Assembly (NCBI GenBank): GCA_050633065.1
Contig: JBOEFV010000048.1
Coordinates: 9,970 to 73,969, forward strand
Length of the DNA: 64,000 nt
DNA from: Bdellovibrionales bacterium
Lineage (GTDB): Bacteria; Bdellovibrionota; Bdellovibrionia; Bdellovibrionales; UBA1609
Direction of reading: 5' to 3'
Under the pieces are notes generated by a model that worked only from the letters and a program-made list of their open reading frames with translations, searched no databases and had not been told where the DNA came from. Each line of letters opens with the position of its first letter. The first letter of the stretch is position 1. Both the position numbers and the translations under genes were made by a program. Below are positions 61,393 to 64,000 of the stretch, one piece after another.

Positions 61393-61484
61393 TGGCGGAG
61401 GAGGGGGGATTCGAACCCCCGGTACGATGTTACTCGCACGACAGATTAGCAATCTGCTGGTTTCAGCCACTCACCCACTCCTCC
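61393..61484 (-). tRNA. tRNA-Ser (anticodon GCU)
   Basis: Hand-folded from the reverse complement. Acceptor GGAGGAG/CTCCTCC. Anticodon arm GCAGA-TTGCTAA-TCTGT. The long variable arm has a 6-bp stem. T arm GGGGG-TTCGAAT-CCCCC. CCA is encoded. 92 nt. Confidence 0.9.
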
Positions 61485-61552
61485 ACGAAGTGATTTCATA
61501 GGCTAATTTAAGAAAAAACTTTGCCATTAAATGAATAGGCAATCAACTGTAC

Positions 61553-62137
61553 TTATAGATAATTTTCTTTAAAGAGCTCTCGCTCTACTGTTTCAATCAC
61601 TGTGTGAATGATTTTAATGTGCATTTCTTGCACTCGACCAGAGTCATTTGCAGGAACCACGATCGGAACATCCACCATATCCTTAAGCTTTCCGCCTGTT
61701 TTACCTAGTAAGCCAACCGTCTTCATGCCAATTTTTTGAGCTGCCTCAACAGCCTTAATCACATTAGCTGAATTTCCACTAGTTGAAAGGGCCACTAAGA
61801 CATCTTCTTTTCTTCCTAAGGCCTCAACCTGCCTTGAAAATATATACTCAAAGCCAAAGTCATTAGATGTACAAGTCACATGAGAAGGGTCTCCAAGTGC
61901 CAAAGCCCCCAAAGGACGCCTTTCTTTGCAGAACTGCCCCGTAAGCTCTTCGGCAAAGTGCATAGCATCACAGTGACTTCCACCGTTTCCGCATGAGAGC
62001 GCTTTTCCCTGATTCTTGTAACATGCTAAAAGTACTTCAGAAAATTGCTGGCATTGCCCCATAAGTTCATCAGAACTTATAAATTCTTCAATTATAGATT
62101 GGGCTTTAACTAGGTTTTCTTTCCAAATATTTGTCAT
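61553..62137 (-). CDS. gmhA: SIS-domain phosphoheptose isomerase (GmhA; DiaA-like not excluded)
   Basis: CGNGGSHCDAMHFAEEL, LSTSGNSANV and VQEMHIKIIH. Confidence 0.85.
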   Translation of the reverse strand: MTNIWKENLVKAQSIIEEFISSDELMGQCQQFSEVLLACYKNQGKALSCGNGGSHCDAMHFAEELTGQFCKERRPLGALALGDPSHVTCTSNDFGFEYIFSRQVEALGRKEDVLVALSTSGNSANVIKAVEAAQKIGMKTVGLLGKTGGKLKDMVDVPIVVPANDSGRVQEMHIKIIHTVIETVERELFKENYL

Positions 62138-62204
62138 ATGTAACTATTGCAGTAGGTTTTATTGATTTTCAACCACTTTATGTTAGTGATGTTGCTGGTT
62201 TTGC

Positions 62205-62281
62205 GCGCTCGTAGCTCAGCTGGATAGAGTACCTGACTACGAATCAGGTGGTCGGAGGTTCGACTCCTTCCGGGCGCGCCA
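62205..62281 (+). tRNA. tRNA-Arg (anticodon ACG)
   Basis: Hand-folded. Acceptor GCGCTCG/CGGGCGC with one G-U pair. D arm GCTC-AGCTGGATA-GAGT. Anticodon arm CCTGA-CTACGAA-TCAGG. T arm GGAGG-TTCGACT-CCTTC. CCA is encoded. 77 nt and close to E. coli tRNA-Arg(ACG). Confidence 0.92.
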
Positions 62282-62321
62282 TTTAAACCTGCTGAAGCAA
62301 AACCCGTAACGTGGAGGATAA

Positions 62322-62456
62322 ATGCTTAGATTAGTGATTTTTTTAACTGCTCTTATTGGCACGTCTACGTTTAGTACAAACAACAGAGATGTTAGCATCG
62401 ATGACTTAGCAAAAACTCAGCAGTGCTTACTTTTGGATGATTCTGCTGATCAATAG
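62322..62456 (+). CDS. Candidate 44-aa small secreted peptide, not in the ORF track
   Basis: GGAGG at 62313-62317 lies 4 nt before the ATG. Translation: MLRLVIFLTALIGTSTFSTNNRDVSIDDLAKTQQCLLLDDSADQ*, with a signal-like N-terminus. The last 30 nt overlap the 3' end of the convergent lysozyme gene. Confidence 0.3.
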   Translation: MLRLVIFLTALIGTSTFSTNNRDVSIDDLAKTQQCLLLDDSADQ

Positions 62457-63131
62457 CTTATTGCTAAAAACATTTACATCAACAGGCGCGTCAATACCCT
62501 TAACCTCACCACCGTTGTAGTATTGCCAGATTCCCCATCTTTTTTCATACATTGGCGGCCCCACTAAAGAACGCAGCCAAAAAATATTTTTAAATTTAAA
62601 AATTTCTGGATGCAGTTTTGCGAACTCTCTCGTTGTGTAAACAACTGGAAGCTCTCCGTAAGTTGCTAAAATTTTTGCATTAAGCTTTTCTAAATCTTTT
62701 GAAAGTCTTGCTGACGCATCATCTAAACCACATCCGTAAGCAGACTCAATATCTATGGCTGGAACCATATCTCCTATAGAGTGAGGGACTGTGTCTTTTA
62801 AATTTTTAATTTGTTCTTCAGCTGTTTTACAAAAAGTCCAAAAGTGATAGCCACCAACTAACAAACCTTCTTTTTTTGCGCCCGCATAGTTTTTTAAAAA
62901 ATTTTTATCTTTAAATGATGCGCCTTCTGTAGACTTGATATAAACAAATTTAAAATGGCTCTTGCCCACAAGCTTCCAGTCAATATCTCCTTGATGGTGA
63001 GACACATCCAAACCACTTACATTAAAAAAGGTTTTAGAGGGATAATTAAACTGCTTTTTTCCAGTGTAACCCCAATAAAAAAGCCCCGCTGTTAACAAAT
63101 AAGAACCTAATGCAAGACCATACCACTTCAT
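62427..63131 (-). CDS. Glycoside hydrolase family 25 muramidase (lysozyme) with an N-terminal membrane anchor or signal
   Basis: GLDVSHHQGDIDW, FVYIKSTEG, GGYHFW and DVNVF are typical GH25 motifs. Hydrophobic N-terminus MKWYGLALGSYLLTAGLFYWGY. Confidence 0.85.
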   Translation of the reverse strand: MKWYGLALGSYLLTAGLFYWGYTGKKQFNYPSKTFFNVSGLDVSHHQGDIDWKLVGKSHFKFVYIKSTEGASFKDKNFLKNYAGAKKEGLLVGGYHFWTFCKTAEEQIKNLKDTVPHSIGDMVPAIDIESAYGCGLDDASARLSKDLEKLNAKILATYGELPVVYTTREFAKLHPEIFKFKNIFWLRSLVGPPMYEKRWGIWQYYNGGEVKGIDAPVDVNVFSNKLLISRIIQK

Positions 63132-63218
63132 CCCATAAGCCTTACAGATTATTACAAACAGTCAATAAACTTTAAATATTTTGATCAGCTCTAGACCGCC
63201 ACATTCTATTATGAGAGA

Positions 63219-63617
63219 ATGCTGAACATGGGACTTCTAAAGGACAAATTAGACAAATTCTCTCTTGCTCTTAAAAATCTTGAGGAGGCTTTATCAGATC
63301 CTATTAAAACCAATAGAGACCGTGCCGGCATCATTCAAACATTTGAGTTTACCTATGAGATGTCTTGGAGGCTTCTTAGGGAGCTCTTAGCACAACAAGG
63401 GTTTGAAGCCCCTTCATCACCTCGCTCTGTTTTTAAGGACGCATATTCTGCAAAGCTTATAAATAACGAAGAAGCGTGGCTTAGTATGATTCTCCAAAGA
63501 AATCTAACAACTCACACATATGATCAGAACACAGCTGATGAAGTCATTAAGTTAATTTCATCCTCTTACCTCCCCAACCTTAAATCTTTATATGAAACAG
63601 CCCAGCAGCATTCCTAA
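63219..63617 (+). CDS. HEPN-domain protein, HI0074-type nucleotidyltransferase substrate-binding subunit
   Basis: IIQTFEFTYEMSWRLLRELL and the Rx4H HEPN motif in ILQRNLTTHTYD. Confidence 0.8.
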   Translation: MLNMGLLKDKLDKFSLALKNLEEALSDPIKTNRDRAGIIQTFEFTYEMSWRLLRELLAQQGFEAPSSPRSVFKDAYSAKLINNEEAWLSMILQRNLTTHTYDQNTADEVIKLISSSYLPNLKSLYETAQQHS

Positions 63618-63891
63618 AGAGGTTTTTAATTTACTTCTAAAAATAAAAAGAATGTTCCCTGTTGAGCAAATTTTACTCTTTGGCTCTAGAGCTCGCGGAG
63701 ACTTTAAAGAACGCTCAGATATAGACATCGCAATTTCAGCACCAGCCTGCAATTCAAGGCAGTGGTTAGAAATTGAAGAGCTTCTACTATACAATTCAGT
63801 CTCTCTTCTTAATATCGATCTAGTTCGATTTGATCAAATCACAGACCCTACCTTCAAAGAACGAATTGAAAGTGAAAGCATAAGTATTTAA
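63592..63891 (+). CDS. Minimal nucleotidyltransferase (MNT, DNA polymerase beta-like)
   Basis: LLFGSRARGDFKERSDIDIAI contains GS...D.D. 99 aa. Overlaps the HEPN gene by 26 nt. Confidence 0.85.
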   Translation: MKQPSSIPKEVFNLLLKIKRMFPVEQILLFGSRARGDFKERSDIDIAISAPACNSRQWLEIEELLLYNSVSLLNIDLVRFDQITDPTFKERIESESISI

Positions 63892-64000
63892 AGACTCAAC
63901 TCTTGTACACCACACCAAAATAGCTTTAAATATCTACATGACTGGACCACGCCATAACGAAGTACATGACCTCTTAAGAAAAAGAGAGTTCTCAAAAGGC

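Noticed and set aside
61257-61439. 60-aa minus-strand ORF overlapping tRNA-Ser
   Set aside because: It reads straight through the tRNA gene, so it is an artefact.
1-64000. Looked for CRISPR arrays, rRNA genes, IS elements or transposases, integrases and prophage blocks
   Set aside because: No regularly spaced direct repeats are present, and no non-coding gap exceeds about 270 nt. No ORF carries transposase, integrase or phage structural motifs that I could recognise.
62282-64000. Genomic island integrated at the 3' end of tRNA-Arg
   Set aside because: The context is suggestive (lysozyme and a TA pair right after a tRNA). However, no integrase and no direct repeat of the tRNA 3' end are visible in the remaining 1.7 kb, so this cannot be supported from the window.
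63938-64000. Possible start of a CDS at ATG 63938 running off the window (MTGPRHNEVHDLLRKREFSKG..)
   Set aside because: Only 21 codons are visible, with no Shine-Dalgarno sequence and no recognisable motif. The evidence is insufficient.

Overview
This 64-kb window looks like a chromosomal segment from a low-GC, Gram-negative genome (about 40% GC by eye, not computed). I support about 70 CDS and two tRNAs, Ser-GCU and Arg-ACG. I saw no rRNA, CRISPR array, transposase or integrase, and no non-coding gap is longer than about 270 nt. The many signal-peptide and lipobox proteins, the M23 and GH25 wall hydrolases, a papain-like peptidase, an ankyrin protein and a Tad-type component suggest a Bdellovibrio-like predator (Halobacteriovorax/Bacteriovorax type); this is inference only. 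Housekeeping genes are rplM-rpsI, an AceE-type E1, trxB, trmB, ggt, leuS, speA and speB, proC-yggS-maf, lipA-E2-lpdA-lipB, sfsA, nth, elbB, citrate synthase and gmhA. Accessory content includes a HigB/HigA module, a HEPN/MNT pair next to tRNA-Arg and a GH25 lysozyme, a REC-GGDEF/esterase/XRE operon, and a Yej-like peptide ABC importer whose fused ATPase lies far from its permease genes. It also includes a divergent secreted ankyrin and papain-like peptidase pair, a signal-peptide-bearing CCA-enzyme-like nucleotidyltransferase head domain, and a minimal metzincin-like protein. The best candidate for an undescribed system is the six-gene operon at about 40.2-46.6 kb. It encodes an orphan TadC/T2SS-F-type platform protein, a DUF192 protein, three membrane proteins carrying four FHA domains, and a PP2C-fold protein with its catalytic acidic residues replaced. 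No secretion ATPase, secretin or Ser/Thr kinase is recognisable in the window. A second degenerate SpoIIE/PP2C-like protein (57.7-58.6 kb) and one intact PP2C (5.7-6.4 kb) are also present. All functional calls come from by-eye motif recognition in the supplied translations; no searches were run.
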